A stretch of 63,428 bases of DNA. Source: Escherichia coli (GTDB lineage: Bacteria > Pseudomonadota > Gammaproteobacteria > Enterobacterales > Enterobacteriaceae). The stretch lies in assembly GCF_024223415.1 (NCBI RefSeq), contig NZ_CP100504.1; one strand, given 5' to 3'. The position numbers and the translations under genes are program-made. Position 1 is the first letter of the stretch; every line of letters begins with the position of its first letter. The notes beneath the pieces are model-generated. The model was given only the letters and a program-made list of their open reading frames with translations, searched no databases and was not told where the DNA came from. This document shows, piece by piece, positions 20,998 through 31,875 of the stretch.

Positions 20998-21268
20998 CAA
21001 CCTGGAGGCGGGCGCAGGCCCGCCTTTTCAGGACTGATGCTGGTCTGACTACTGAAGCGCCTTTATAAAGGGGCTGCTGGTTCGCCGGTAGCCCCTTTCT
21101 CCTTGCTGATGTTGTACGGGCATGAACAACCTGACTTCAGGAAGGTCGTTTCCCTTCAGGAACGGGGATGAACGCGCGCCTGCGGCGCCCGTTCTTTTCC
21201 CCCGCCTTCTCTGGTTATGGCCTGTCAGAAATCACATCACCTTCCCTGTGATTATTCTCTTTTTCTTC

Positions 21269-21897
21269 CTGCTCTGATTCTGACTACTGCAGTGTTGTCC
21301 TGTCTGCCGGCGCACCTTCGGCTCCCGGCTGCCTGGCGGCATCCGGTCGTCAGGCCCGACTCCGACAGGCAGCTGCTGGCGCACCTGCCAGTCTCCGCCG
21401 AACCCGCTGGCGCGGTTTCGGGCTGTCGCTACGGTCCGATGCGTGAAAACCCCGGGCTTGCAGCGACCGTTCCGGTCGCGCCGCCTCTGTCGCGCCGTGG
21501 CCTGCGCTCCAGGCATCCCGGCAAAAAGACGCCGGGATGTAAGGCGCAACGCCGTTTCGCAAACCGCGCTTCACGTCGTTGCGGCGGGTCCCTGCCCGTT
21601 GTTGTGTCCGGTGCCATTCACCTGTTTAAGCCCCTGTCGCCGGGGGCTGATACAGCCACAACCTGCCGCACTGACTGTCCAGGGTAAATGAACAGCCCAC
21701 AAAATTTTTTACCCAAAACCCGGTAAAAAATTTTGCGTTCTGCCCAGGACAGGTGCGTCAGGCCGTGGCAGTGATGCCCCTTGCGGCGAAGGTTCTCAAA
21801 CAGGTGATGGTGAATACCGGAGGGAACAAAGAGCAGGTCCCCGCAAAACGTCAAAACCGCGGCTCCCGAAACTCAACAGATGATGGGGGCTGAAAAC
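21269..21897. repeat. leading-region ~620-bp direct repeat, copy 3 (Frpo/ssi-like)
   Basis: Near-identical to copies 1 and 2; ends about 20 bp upstream of the ORF at 21918. Confidence 0.85.
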
Positions 21898-21917
21898 CAG
21901 AGAGAGGAGAAAGCTGG

Positions 21918-22205
21918 ATGAGTACCCGAAATATCCACGTTAACACCGCGTCGTACACGATTCTTGTTGCCGGGAGGGAAAAAAACACCGGGGAAGAGTG
22001 GGACGTCCTGGAATTCAGCAGCCTGACTGAGCTGAAAAAATATCGCAAAAGCCACCCGGAAAAGATGGCCTTCAGCTATAGCTACGCGCTCAGCCGGGGT
22101 GTGGATACGCAGTTCCGCCATATCAACATTGCGGAAGCCGATCACTTCAAACAGTTCCTGCGTCAGATTAAGCGTGCCGGCCTCGATATCCGGGCGATCT
22201 GCTGA
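21918..22205 (+). CDS. hypothetical leading-region protein
   Basis: 95-aa ORF with RBS gaggaga; first gene downstream of repeat copy 3. Confidence 0.5.
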   Translation: MSTRNIHVNTASYTILVAGREKNTGEEWDVLEFSSLTELKKYRKSHPEKMAFSYSYALSRGVDTQFRHINIAEADHFKQFLRQIKRAGLDIRAIC

Positions 22206-22323
22206 CCGGATGTGATGAATATCCCTCCTGATTGTTGCAATCTTGTTAATGGAGATCGGGAGAGATGATATTAAGCGGAAAAATTTTTTATTAAATTTAT
22301 TCTTTCATAAAGGAGTAGCTGTT

Positions 22324-23145
22324 ATGCGATTAGCTTCCCGTTTTGGTCGGTATAATTCCATCCGTCGTGAACGTCCTTTAACGGATGATGAATTAATGCA
22401 GTTCGTGCCTTCGGTATTTTCCGGTGATAAACATGAGTCCCGGAGTGAACGTTATACGTATATTCCAACAATCAATATCATCAATAAGTTACGTGATGAA
22501 GGTTTCCAGCCATTCTTTGCCTGTCAGAGTCGGGTTCGTGATTTGGGACGCCGCGAATACAGTAAACATATGTTACGTCTTCGCAGGGAAGGGCATATTA
22601 ACGGGCAGGAAGTTCCTGAAATTATCCTGCTTAATTCACATGATGGTTCATCCAGTTATCAGATGATCCCCGGAATTTTTCGTTTTGTCTGCACAAATGG
22701 CCTGGTGTGCGGAAATAATTTTGGCGAAATCCGTGTTCCACATAAAGGTGATATTGTCGGGCAGGTTATCGAGGGAGCGTATGAAGTGCTCGGTGTCTTT
22801 GATAAGGTCACTGATAATATGGAGGCGATGAAAGAAATTCATCTTAACAGTGACGAGCAACATTTATTTGGCAGAGCTGCACTGATGGTCAGGTATGAAG
22901 ATGAAAATAAAACGCCAGTGACGCCTGAACAAATAATTACTCCCCGTCGTCGGGAAGATAAAAAGAACGATCTCTGGACAACCTGGCAGCGGGTTCAGGA
23001 GAATATGATAAAAGGTGGATTATCGGGGCGAAGTGCCTCCGGGAAAAATACCAGGACAAGAGCCATTACAGGTATTGATGGTGATATAAGAATCAACAAG
23101 GCGTTATGGGTGATTGCCGAACAGTTCAGAAAGTGGAAGTCATGA
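22324..23145 (+). CDS. DUF932-like leading-region protein
   Basis: 273 aa from the ATG at 22324 (RBS aggag); conserved partner of orf169 near oriT in F-like plasmids. Confidence 0.65.
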   Translation: MRLASRFGRYNSIRRERPLTDDELMQFVPSVFSGDKHESRSERYTYIPTINIINKLRDEGFQPFFACQSRVRDLGRREYSKHMLRLRREGHINGQEVPEIILLNSHDGSSSYQMIPGIFRFVCTNGLVCGNNFGEIRVPHKGDIVGQVIEGAYEVLGVFDKVTDNMEAMKEIHLNSDEQHLFGRAALMVRYEDENKTPVTPEQIITPRRREDKKNDLWTTWQRVQENMIKGGLSGRSASGKNTRTRAITGIDGDIRINKALWVIAEQFRKWKS

Positions 23146-23150
23146 TAATA

Positions 23151-23187
23151 TAAGTAAAGCCCCGAAAATTTTTCGGGGCTTTACTTA
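23151..23187. terminator. rho-independent-type terminator hairpin
   Basis: Perfect palindrome taagtaaagccccgaaaa-t-tttcggggctttactta starting 6 nt after the stop of the upstream gene. Confidence 0.55.
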
Positions 23188-23439
23188 TATTATCATTCTT
23201 CGGCATCGCTGTGTCGTCTGATATACCTCAATTCCATCAACCGGCTTTCCGGTTGTCTGTAAATATTGTGCCCGCGAAAAATGGTCTGGCAGGAGGCTGC
23301 GCAGTTACCGGGTATATATAAGATGGGTTCCCGCTTCGCGGGGCTTCGGCCAGTCAGCATTGTCACTCATATGATATTTTTGTGTGTGGCCTTCATGCCG
23401 CTTTTGCGGCATAACCGGTATCTGACAATGTCTGTAAGA

Positions 23440-23949
23440 TTAATTGTTCTGCACGCTGTTAATTTCCGGAAGTGATTTCTTCGTGACCGGAATCCGGATA
23501 CCTTTACTGATTTTTATCCCGGTATAAATCCGGTAAACCTCTGATGCGTAGGCAAGACGTCTCTGGTTCTGGCGTTCGGTCTTCCTGAATCCGGCATTGT
23601 ATGCACCAACGGCCTCCCAGGAGACGCCCCATTTTTTAAAGGCTATTGCCAGATAATAAGCACCGGTATAAATGTTCATGCAGGGATCTGTTGTCAGATG
23701 TTCCGGCTTAATTCCGTAGCGGGCCAGTTCGTTAAAATGCTGGGAATCTACCTGCATCAGTCCGCTGCCATATCCCGTTACCGGATTAATACCGATGGCA
23801 TTAACCCGGTAACGGGATTCTTTCCATGATATTGCTCTCAGTAAATCAGGATCTATTTTGTAATCCCGGCCTGCAAGATCAAAGCAATCAGTGGCATGGC
23901 AGATCTCATTTATAAACATCAGGCAGATGGCTAACATCCATTTTTTCAT
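23440..23949 (-). CDS. lytic transglycosylase-like protein (orf169 / gene X), SLT domain
   Basis: 169 aa from [12 protein letters not shown] with RBS gaggtgg; signal peptide; directly adjacent to oriT. Confidence 0.8.
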   Translation of the reverse strand: MKKWMLAICLMFINEICHATDCFDLAGRDYKIDPDLLRAISWKESRYRVNAIGINPVTGYGSGLMQVDSQHFNELARYGIKPEHLTTDPCMNIYTGAYYLAIAFKKWGVSWEAVGAYNAGFRKTERQNQRRLAYASEVYRIYTGIKISKGIRIPVTKKSLPEINSVQNN

Positions 23950-24364
23950 TTTTCCACCTCTGGTGACTTTATCCGTAAATAATTTAACCCACTCCACAAA
24001 AAGGCTCAACAGGTTGGTGGTTCTCACCACCAAAAGCACCACACCCCACGCAAAAACAAGTTTTTGCTGATTTACGTTTTAAATCATGTAATTAACAAAT
24101 GCTATTTATATTTAATTATTCTGAATTATTAAATAGAGAGTCGTTGGCGATCCTGTTACGACCCTATAGCGACCCTTATTAGGATCAGTACTGACAATTT
24201 TCATGAAAAACATTGATATATATTAGGGGCACCCCTAGCGCCGGATCGCATTTTTTTATAGGATAATCCTAGAGGCGCTACTAGGAGTGTCTTTCTTACT
24301 TGTAAACACTATATTCATATTTATACTGAAAAGTTCATTGCTTAATGATGAAAGGTTTTATTTT
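23950..24364. other. oriT (origin of transfer) with F-type nic site
   Basis: Minus strand reads gcaaaaacttgtttttgcgtggggtgt/ggtgcttttggtggtgagaaccacc, matching the F oriT nick region; nick falls between 24039 and 24040 on the minus strand; AT-rich region upstream of traM. Confidence 0.8.
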
Positions 24365-24748
24365 ATGGCCAGAGTAATTTTGTATATCAGTAATGATGTC
24401 TATGATAAAGTAAATGCGATAGTTGAACAGCGTCGTCAGGAGGGGGCAAGAGATAAAGATATAAGCCTTTCAGGAACTGCTTCAATGCTTCTTGAACTGG
24501 GGCTTCGCGTATATGAGGCTCAGATGGAGCGTAAAGAGTCTGCATTTAATCAGACTGAGTTTAATAAATTACTTCTTGAATGTGTTGTAAAAACACAGTC
24601 ATCAGTAGCGAAAATTTTGGGTATTGAGTCTCTAAGTCCCCATGTCTCCGGGAATCCAAAGTTTGAATATGCCAATATGGTTGAAGATATTCGTGAGAAG
24701 GTGTCATCTGAGATGGAACGATTTTTTCCAAAAAATGATGACGAATAA
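24365..24748 (+). CDS. traM: relaxosome protein TraM
   Basis: 127 aa from MARVILYISNDVYDKVNAIVEQRRQEGARDKD...; matches TraM. Confidence 0.9.
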   Translation: MARVILYISNDVYDKVNAIVEQRRQEGARDKDISLSGTASMLLELGLRVYEAQMERKESAFNQTEFNKLLLECVVKTQSSVAKILGIESLSPHVSGNPKFEYANMVEDIREKVSSEMERFFPKNDDE

Positions 24749-24809
24749 AAAAGAATTAAAAGTTGATTTACTTCAAATAACAGAGTTTTGATCTGGTTCA
24801 ATTTGATGA

Positions 24810-24910
24810 CAATTAACCACATAAAGGTTATATTAATTATGTGGTTAATGCCACGTTAAAAATTTAGTTTGAATCGCCAATGCAGGGAGTAGCACCTCCC
24901 TGCATTGACT
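24810..24910 (-). ncRNA. finP: FinP antisense RNA (approximate)
   Basis: Two inverted repeats in the traJ leader (ttaaccacat...atgtggttaa; tgcagggag-tagcac-ctccctgca) just upstream of the traJ RBS. Confidence 0.5.
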
Positions 24911-24938
24911 GTCCATAGAATCCTTTGAGGAGGTTCCT

Positions 24939-25590
24939 ATGTGTGCAATGGATCGTAGAGAAAGAGCACTCATTCGTCAATTACATTTCCCTAACGACTT
25001 AAGAGAGAACATTTCATTATTGAAATATCCCGTATGTATACGTTTTGAAGACGGTTCTTTTATAGGAACAAATCACAGCTTCGAGCGATTTATTAAATTA
25101 TCATATTGTTCATGTGATGAATGGTTTGAGCATTTGACTTTAGAATCCAAGTTACAACTATCAAGATCTGAGATGGATTCATATTTTTCAACTTATGGTG
25201 TAAGTTATATTAATAATGTTTCAATTAGTGCTATGTCATGGAGCATGGTTATCGAAACACTCAATACAAATGAAGGTTGTTTTTTCGTCTGGCGATTTAT
25301 TGAGTCAAATGACAAAAATATTTCAACATCTTTGATTTCTAAATCTAATGATGGGTTGATATTTTTTCTGGGGAATATATAGATATTGAACCCTATCTTG
25401 TAGGGTTTAGCCATTATTATTCTGCAGCAGTGACAAAAATTAGTATATCTAAATCCAAGAAGAAAACGATGAATTTTTTCAAAATGAATGGGTTTAGTTC
25501 CAGAGATCACTGGTTGGATGAAATGCTCAGGTCTGAAAAAATACTATTTCTATATGATAGAGTAAAAGGAATATTAAAAAACAAGTGTTA
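24939..25590 (+). pseudogene. traJ: transfer activator TraJ, apparent frameshift
   Basis: 147-aa ORF stops at 25382, but the +2 frame is open from 25350 to 25590; the frame change coincides with a T6 run (25363-25368); combined length ~215 aa. Confidence 0.55.
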
Positions 25591-25715
25591 ATTTATTGTG
25601 AACTTAAGGGAACCATCGGTTCCCTTTTTTGTTAATATAATTTACGTTATTTTTGTTTCTATTTTTATGGATTCGTATAATTATATTTAATTATCTAAGT
25701 GGCTGAGGAGGAGAC

Positions 25716-25943
25716 TTGAGCAGAAATATAATAAGGCCTGCTCCGGGCAATAAAGTTTTACTGGTATTGGACGATGCTACTAATCACAAGCTCTTAGGTG
25801 CCCGGGAGCGTAGCGGGAGAACAAAAACTAATGAGGTGCTAGTCAGATTACGTGATCATCTGAGCCGTTTTCCTGACTTTTATAATCCGGATGCAATAAA
25901 GGAGGGAACAGGGGAAACTGATTCGATAATTAAAGATCTTTAA
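25716..25943 (+). CDS. traY: relaxosome accessory protein TraY (short R100-type)
   Basis: 75-aa ORF with TTG start after ggaggaga; position between traJ and traA. Confidence 0.8.
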   Translation: MSRNIIRPAPGNKVLLVLDDATNHKLLGARERSGRTKTNEVLVRLRDHLSRFPDFYNPDAIKEGTGETDSIIKDL

Positions 25944-25975
25944 GTTTATTAATCTATCCACAATAGAGGTAACTT

Positions 25976-26335
25976 ATGAATGCTGTTTTAAGTGTTCAGG
26001 GTGCTTCTGCGCCCGTCAAAAAGAAGTCGTTTTTTTCTAAATTCACTCGTCTGAATATGCTTCGCCTGGCTCGCGCTGTGATCCCGGCTGCTGTTCTGAT
26101 GATGTTCTTCCCGCAACTGGCAATGGCAGCACAGGGCCAGGACCTGATGGCAAGCGGTAACACCACGGTTAAGGCGACCTTCGGTAAGGACTCCAGTGTT
26201 GTTAAATGGGTCGTTCTGGCTGAAGTTCTGGTCGGTGCTGTCATGTACATGATGACCAAAAACGTCAAGTTCCTGGCCGGTTTTGCCATCATCTCTGTAT
26301 TTATTGCTGTGGGTATGGCCGTCGTTGGCCTCTGA
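25976..26335 (+). CDS. traA: propilin TraA
   Basis: 119 aa with a long leader and hydrophobic mature pilin segment; matches F-type pilin. Confidence 0.95.
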   Translation: MNAVLSVQGASAPVKKKSFFSKFTRLNMLRLARAVIPAAVLMMFFPQLAMAAQGQDLMASGNTTVKATFGKDSSVVKWVVLAEVLVGAVMYMMTKNVKFLAGFAIISVFIAVGMAVVGL

Positions 26336-26349
26336 CAGGAAATAAAACG

Positions 26350-26661
26350 ATGTCGGGAGACGAGAATAAACTTAAGAAATATCGTTTCCCGGAAACACTG
26401 ACCAACCAGAGCCGCTGGTTTGGCCTGCCACTGGATGAACTGATCCCCGCAGCAATCTGTGTTGGCTGGGGTATCACAACATCGAAATATCTGTTCGGTA
26501 TTGGTGCAGCTGTTCTGGTTTATTTCGGGATTAAAAAACTGAAAAAAGGGCGGGGCAGTTCCTGGTTACGTGACCTGATTTACTGGTATATGCCAACAGC
26601 CCTGCTGCGCGGTATTTTTCATAATGTTCCCGATTCGTGTTTCCGGCAGTGGATTAAATAG
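26350..26661 (+). CDS. traL: pilus assembly protein TraL
   Basis: 103-aa membrane protein in the expected position; matches TraL. Confidence 0.9.
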   Translation: MSGDENKLKKYRFPETLTNQSRWFGLPLDELIPAAICVGWGITTSKYLFGIGAAVLVYFGIKKLKKGRGSSWLRDLIYWYMPTALLRGIFHNVPDSCFRQWIK

Positions 26662-26682
26662 AACTGATATCAGGATTGTTAT

Positions 26683-27249
26683 ATGGAACACGGTGCCCGT
26701 TTAAGTACCAGTCGTGTAATGGCCATCGCCTTTATATTTATGTCAGTGCTTATTGTTCTCAGCCTCTCTGTTAACGTCATTCAGGGGGTGAATAACTACC
26801 GTCTTCAGAATGAGCAACGCACTGCCGTGACGCCAATGGCATTTAATGCCCCCTTTGCCGTGTCACAGAACAGTGCCGACGCCTCTTATTTACAGCAGAT
26901 GGCGCTGTCATTTATTGCCCTCCGTCTGAATGTTTCATCAGAAACCGTCGATGCCTCACATCAGGCGCTTCTGCAATATATCCGCCCGGGCGCACAGAAC
27001 CAGATGAAAGTTATTCTGGCTGAAGAAGCGAAGCGTATTAAAAACGATAACGTGAACTCAGCCTTTTTCCAGACCAGTGTTCGTGTCTGGCCTCAGTATG
27101 GCCGTGTGGAAATTCGTGGTGTGCTTAAAACCTGGATTGGTGATTCAAAACCTTTCACTGATATCAAACATTACATCCTTATTCTGAAGCGGGAAAACGG
27201 GGTGACCTGGCTGGATAATTTCGGGGAAACAGACGATGAGAAAAAATAA
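26683..27249 (+). CDS. traE: pilus assembly protein TraE
   Basis: 188 aa; position and sequence match TraE. Confidence 0.9.
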   Translation: MEHGARLSTSRVMAIAFIFMSVLIVLSLSVNVIQGVNNYRLQNEQRTAVTPMAFNAPFAVSQNSADASYLQQMALSFIALRLNVSSETVDASHQALLQYIRPGAQNQMKVILAEEAKRIKNDNVNSAFFQTSVRVWPQYGRVEIRGVLKTWIGDSKPFTDIKHYILILKRENGVTWLDNFGETDDEKK

Positions 27250-27964
27250 TACGGCAATAATATTCGGCGGCCTGTTTTTTTCCTGCAGCGTGATGGCCGC
27301 AAACGGTACGCTGGCCCCCACTGTGGTGCCAATGGTGAACGGTGGTCAGGCCAGTATTGCCATCAGCAATACCAGCCCGAATCTGTTTACCGTTCCCGGT
27401 GACCGGATTATCGCCGTGAACAGTCTGGATGGTGCCCTGACCAATAATGAGCAGACCTCCTCCGGCGGTGTGGTGGTGGCCACCGTCAACAAAAAGCCCT
27501 TTACGTTCATTCTGGAAACAGAACGTGGTCTGAATCTTTCCATTCAGGCCGTTCCCCGTGAAGGCGCGGGGCGTACCATTCAGCTGGTCAGTGACCTGCG
27601 CGGAACCGGAGAAGAAGCCGGTGCGTGGGAAACGTCCACGCCTTACGAATCCCTGCTTGTGACCATCAGCCAGGCTGTCCGTGGCGGAAAATTACCTGCA
27701 GGCTGGTATCAGGTTCCTGTGACAAAGGAAACCCTGCAGGCCCCGGCGGGGCTGTCTTCAGTGGCAGATGCCGTATGGACGGGGAATCACCTGAAGATGG
27801 TCCGCTTTGTCGTGGAAAATAAAACGCTGTCTGCCCTGAATATCCGGGAAAGTGATTTCTGGCAGCCGGGAACCCGTGCCGTGATGTTCAGCCAGCCTGC
27901 CAGCCAGTTACTGGCAGGTGCGCGCATGGATGTGTATGTCATCCGTGACGGGGAGGGCAACTGA
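27236..27964 (+). CDS. traK: T4SS secretin-like protein TraK
   Basis: 242 aa with signal peptide; matches TraK. Confidence 0.9.
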   Translation: MRKNNTAIIFGGLFFSCSVMAANGTLAPTVVPMVNGGQASIAISNTSPNLFTVPGDRIIAVNSLDGALTNNEQTSSGGVVVATVNKKPFTFILETERGLNLSIQAVPREGAGRTIQLVSDLRGTGEEAGAWETSTPYESLLVTISQAVRGGKLPAGWYQVPVTKETLQAPAGLSSVADAVWTGNHLKMVRFVVENKTLSALNIRESDFWQPGTRAVMFSQPASQLLAGARMDVYVIRDGEGN

Positions 27965-29391
27965 TGGCCAGTATCAACACCATTGTGAAACGCAAGCAGT
28001 ACTTGTGGCTGGGGATTGTGGTTGTCGGTGCAGCCTCCGCGATTGGTGGGGCACTGTATCTGTCTGATGTGGACATGTCCGGTAACGGTGAGGCGGTGGC
28101 TGAACAGGAGCCTGTACCGGATATGACCGGTGTGGTGGATACGACCTTTGATGACAAGGTGCGTCAGCATGCCACCACAGAGATGCAGGTGACGGCAGCG
28201 CAGATGCAGAAGCAGTATGAGGAAATCCGTCGTGAGCTGGATGTCCTGAACAAACAGCGCGGTGATGACCAGCGTCGTATTGAAAAGCTGGGACAGGATA
28301 ATGCTGCCCTGGCAGAGCAGGTAAAAGCCCTGGGTGCAAATCCCGTCACCGCGACCGGTGAGCCAGTACCGCAGACGCCAGCCTCACCGCCCGGCCCGGA
28401 AGGCGAACCACAGCCAGGAAACACACCCGTATCTTTCCCGCCGCAGGGCAGCGTTGCTGTTCCACCGCCGACGGCGTTTTATCCCGGGAATGGTGTCACG
28501 CCACCACCACAGGTGACGTACCAGTCTGTGCCGGTGCCTAACCGGATACAGCGTAAGGTGTTTACCCGTAATGAGGGAAAACAGGGACCATCACTGCCGT
28601 ACATTCCGTCAGGAAGTTTTGCGAAAGCCATGCTGATTGAAGGGGCGGATGCCAATGCCTCTGTCACCGGTAATGAATCCACGGTGCCGATGCAGCTGCG
28701 TATCACCGGCCTGGTGGAAATGCCGAACAGCAAGACGTATGACGCAACGGGATGTTTTGTGGGTCTGGAAGCCTGGGGGGATGTGTCCAGTGAGCGTGCC
28801 ATTGTACGCACCCGCAATATCAGCTGCCTGAAGGACGGCAAAACTATTGATATGCCGATTAAGGGGCATGTCAGCTTCCGGGGTAAAAACGGTATCAAGG
28901 GCGAAGTGGTGATGCGTAACGGCAAAATCCTCGGCTGGGCATGGGGCGCGGGATTTGTTGACGGTATCGGTCAGGGAATGGAGCGTGCCTCCCAGCCGGC
29001 TGTCGGGCTGGGTGCCACCGCTGCTTACGGGGCCGGCGATGTCCTTAAAATGGGTATCGGTGGCGGCGCATCGAAAGCCGCACAGACGCTCAGTGACTAC
29101 TACATCAAACGTGCCGAACAGTATCACCCGGTGATACCGATTGGTGCGGGCAACGAAGTGACCGTGGTGTTCCAGGACGGCTTCCAGCTGAAAACCGTGG
29201 AAGAGATGGCGCTGGAACGCACGCAGAGCAGAGCTGAAGAAGACAATCCGGAAAGTCCGGTTCCTGTTCCGCCATCGGCTGAAAGTCATCTTAACGGCTT
29301 TAATACTGACCAGATGCTGAAGCAGCTGGGCAACCTGAATCCGCAGCAGTTTATGTCCGGCAGCCAGGGAGGGGGCAACGATGGCAAATAA
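27964..29391 (+). CDS. traB: T4SS core protein TraB
   Basis: 475 aa with an N-terminal TM segment and a Pro-rich linker; matches TraB. Confidence 0.9.
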   Translation: MASINTIVKRKQYLWLGIVVVGAASAIGGALYLSDVDMSGNGEAVAEQEPVPDMTGVVDTTFDDKVRQHATTEMQVTAAQMQKQYEEIRRELDVLNKQRGDDQRRIEKLGQDNAALAEQVKALGANPVTATGEPVPQTPASPPGPEGEPQPGNTPVSFPPQGSVAVPPPTAFYPGNGVTPPPQVTYQSVPVPNRIQRKVFTRNEGKQGPSLPYIPSGSFAKAMLIEGADANASVTGNESTVPMQLRITGLVEMPNSKTYDATGCFVGLEAWGDVSSERAIVRTRNISCLKDGKTIDMPIKGHVSFRGKNGIKGEVVMRNGKILGWAWGAGFVDGIGQGMERASQPAVGLGATAAYGAGDVLKMGIGGGASKAAQTLSDYYIKRAEQYHPVIPIGAGNEVTVVFQDGFQLKTVEEMALERTQSRAEEDNPESPVPVPPSAESHLNGFNTDQMLKQLGNLNPQQFMSGSQGGGNDGK

Positions 29392-29965
29392 TATGTCACT
29401 CCGTCAGATATGCCATGCCACCCGGTATGTTGTTGTCCGGGGCCTGTGTTGGTTGTTCTGGTGTCTGAAATACGCCGTCATTCTGCCACTGGCCACAATG
29501 GCCCTGATGGCTCTGTTTGTTTTATGGAAGGACAACACCACACCGGGAAAATTACTGGTTCAGGAAATTGACTTCGTAAGACAAACAGCCCCTGCCGGGC
29601 AGTTTCCTGTAAGAGAATGTTTGCCTTCTCTGCATGATCTTCCAGGAGCAGAAGAGAAAATCTGCCGTTACCGTGCTGCTGATGCTGCAGATTATGTCAG
29701 GGAGACTGACCGGTCACTGATGCAACTGGTCACCGCATTCTGGGCAACGCTGGCACTTATGTATATGTCGTTTGCGGCAGGCACCGGGAAATATCCGGTG
29801 CGACCCGGAAAAATGAAATGTGTCCGTGTGGCAACAGCAGATGAGCGTCTGAAGGAAGTTCTTGCAGAAGACACTTCCCTGCCGGGAAAAATCAGGGAAT
29901 GCCATGTTTATTTCCCTGATGACCGAACAAACAGAAGCAACGGAGATAAAAATGAACATGCGTAA
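29381..29965 (+). CDS. traP: conjugal transfer protein TraP
   Basis: 194-aa membrane protein in the expected position. Confidence 0.85.
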   Translation: MANNMSLRQICHATRYVVVRGLCWLFWCLKYAVILPLATMALMALFVLWKDNTTPGKLLVQEIDFVRQTAPAGQFPVRECLPSLHDLPGAEEKICRYRAADAADYVRETDRSLMQLVTAFWATLALMYMSFAAGTGKYPVRPGKMKCVRVATADERLKEVLAEDTSLPGKIRECHVYFPDDRTNRSNGDKNEHA

Positions 29966-30272
29966 TATTAATGTTATTACAGCCCGCGTTGTGCCGGATA
30001 AAAACGTATCAGATGATTTTATGCATGCTGTTCTCAGTAACTGCACCACAAAAATAGTTCTTCCTGCTCCGAAGGTGTTCAGTTCTGAATCATTGCCGCA
30101 CAAATTTAATATGGCTGCTGTCGGTGTGATGAAGAAGGGAATGTCGATGAGCTTATTTTCTTCTCCGGGAAATACAGTGGTCTCCGGACATCCCTGTGCA
30201 GGGAAAACAAATCTGACAGCAGAGTTAATTTCTGCTGTTGTGGGGAGTAATAAAAAAGGAGAAGGGCAATGA
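29952..30272 (+). CDS. TrbD/TrbG-like small transfer protein
   Basis: 106-aa ORF from MNMRNINVITARVV (RBS ggag) filling the traP-traV gap; cannot tell whether it corresponds to trbD, trbG or a fusion. Confidence 0.5.
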   Translation: MNMRNINVITARVVPDKNVSDDFMHAVLSNCTTKIVLPAPKVFSSESLPHKFNMAAVGVMKKGMSMSLFSSPGNTVVSGHPCAGKTNLTAELISAVVGSNKKGEGQ

Positions 30273-30784
30273 AACAGATTTCTTTATTTATTCCTCTGCT
30301 GGGAACCTTATTACTTTCCGGCTGCGCAGGAACAAATACGGAATTTGAGTGTAACGCCACCACATCCGATACCTGTATGACGATGGAGCAGGCCAATGAG
30401 AAGGCCAAAAAACTGGAGCAGTCCTCAGAAGCAAAGCCGGTTGCGGCATCACTGCCGCGCCTGGCTGAAGGGAACTTCCGGACAATGCCGGTGCAGACCA
30501 TCACCGCGACCACTCCGTCCGGCAGCAGACCTGCGGTGACGACACTTCCGGAGCAGAAACTGCTGACACCTCGCCCGCTGTTTACTGCAGCCCGGGAAGT
30601 GAAAACGGTTGTCCCGGTCAGTTCAGTTGCGCCGGTAACGCCTCCCCGTCCGTTAAGAACGGGTGAGCAGACGGCAGCATTATGGATAGCACCATATATT
30701 GATAATCAGGATGTTTATCATCAGCCATCCAGTGTGTTTTTTGTTATTAAACCGTCTGCGTGGGGAAAACCACGTATTAATTAA
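30269..30784 (+). CDS. traV: outer-membrane lipoprotein TraV
   Basis: 171 aa with lipobox LLLSGCAG; matches TraV. Confidence 0.9.
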   Translation: MKQISLFIPLLGTLLLSGCAGTNTEFECNATTSDTCMTMEQANEKAKKLEQSSEAKPVAASLPRLAEGNFRTMPVQTITATTPSGSRPAVTTLPEQKLLTPRPLFTAAREVKTVVPVSSVAPVTPPRPLRTGEQTAALWIAPYIDNQDVYHQPSSVFFVIKPSAWGKPRIN

Positions 30785-30918
30785 CTGGCCCTGAAGTTGT
30801 ATATCAGCCGGCAATGTCGGCGGGCTTTCTGTATTCAAAATCTGCCTGTAAAACGAGTGCCCTGTGCGTGAAAAGGGATGGGCGGTAGCGTGTCAGAACA
30901 TGTCGGGAGGAATATTCC

Positions 30919-31140
30919 GTGAGTGATGAAGCCGATGAAGCATATTCAGTGACAGAACAACTGACCATGACAGGAATAAACCGGATACGCCAGAAAATAA
31001 ATGCTCATGGTATTCCTGTTTATCTCTGTGAAGCATGCGGAAATCCTATTCCGGAAGCCCGGCGGAAAATATTTCCCGGTGTGACGTTGTGCGTTGAATG
31101 TCAGGCGTATCAGGAAAGGCAGAGGAAACACTATGCATAA
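30919..31140 (+). CDS. traR: TraR (DksA/TraR C4 zinc-finger family)
   Basis: 73 aa with CEACGNPIPEARRKIFPGVTLCVECQ zinc-finger motif. Confidence 0.9.
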   Translation: MSDEADEAYSVTEQLTMTGINRIRQKINAHGIPVYLCEACGNPIPEARRKIFPGVTLCVECQAYQERQRKHYA

Positions 31141-31609
31141 ATCAGAAAATGAAAAAATAGATTTTATTATGGATGAGCATGAGCGGATATTCAGAAAACA
31201 GGGTTCTTTGTGTATGGCACTGGGTAAGGGCTTTTTAGTTATAGCTATTCTTTGTGGTGTTGCCACATTCTGTGTTTCTGGCCTGTATCTGAAATCCCTG
31301 TGCCTGTCTGTTGCCTGCTGTTGTGGGGTATTCAGTCGTATTTTTAATTATTACAGCGTACCGGAGGAATCACGCATGGTACTCAGTCGTCAGGAATTAC
31401 TCCGGCTTATGCTTCTGACTGAAGACGTACCGGATGTGAGACAGGAACTGCTTAACCGTTTGTTGTCCGGTAAAAAACTGACTGGTCGGGATGAACAGGA
31501 TATCCGGCGTCTCTGGCAGGAGAAAGTGGATGCAATGCAGGAGTCTGCCACCCGTCAGCGTGAACAGGATACTATTCGGAAGTTTACTGAAGGGATATTC
31601 AGTGATTAA
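31133..31609 (+). CDS. hypothetical membrane protein (cargo between traR and traC)
   Basis: ~158 aa from MHKSENEK (RBS gaggaaa), overlapping the traR stop; one hydrophobic segment; visibly AT-rich. Confidence 0.5.
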   Translation: MHKSENEKIDFIMDEHERIFRKQGSLCMALGKGFLVIAILCGVATFCVSGLYLKSLCLSVACCCGVFSRIFNYYSVPEESRMVLSRQELLRLMLLTEDVPDVRQELLNRLLSGKKLTGRDEQDIRRLWQEKVDAMQESATRQREQDTIRKFTEGIFSD

Positions 31610-31632
31610 TATACAAGCGGAGATAATAAAGA

Positions 31633-31848
31633 ATGCATACCTTTATTTTTCTTGTGCTGATAAAAAATATTAACGGTGGCGGAAGCTGGAATATTACACC
31701 CATGCCAAATACGGACGTATGCGTGCAGGTTCTTCGGACAATCGAGTCACACGGAGGCAGGGGATTTGGAAATACAGGGGAATGTATTGAAGTTAAAACA
31801 AATAAACCTTTGAACAACGTGATGGATACACTGAATGGGGGGCAATGA
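31633..31848 (+). CDS. small hypothetical protein
   Basis: 71-aa ORF with RBS ggag; hydrophobic N-terminus; AT-rich. Confidence 0.4.
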   Translation: MHTFIFLVLIKNINGGGSWNITPMPNTDVCVQVLRTIESHGGRGFGNTGECIEVKTNKPLNNVMDTLNGGQ

Positions 31849-31875
31849 GTGCTTACTGCTTCAAAGGAAAATGAA

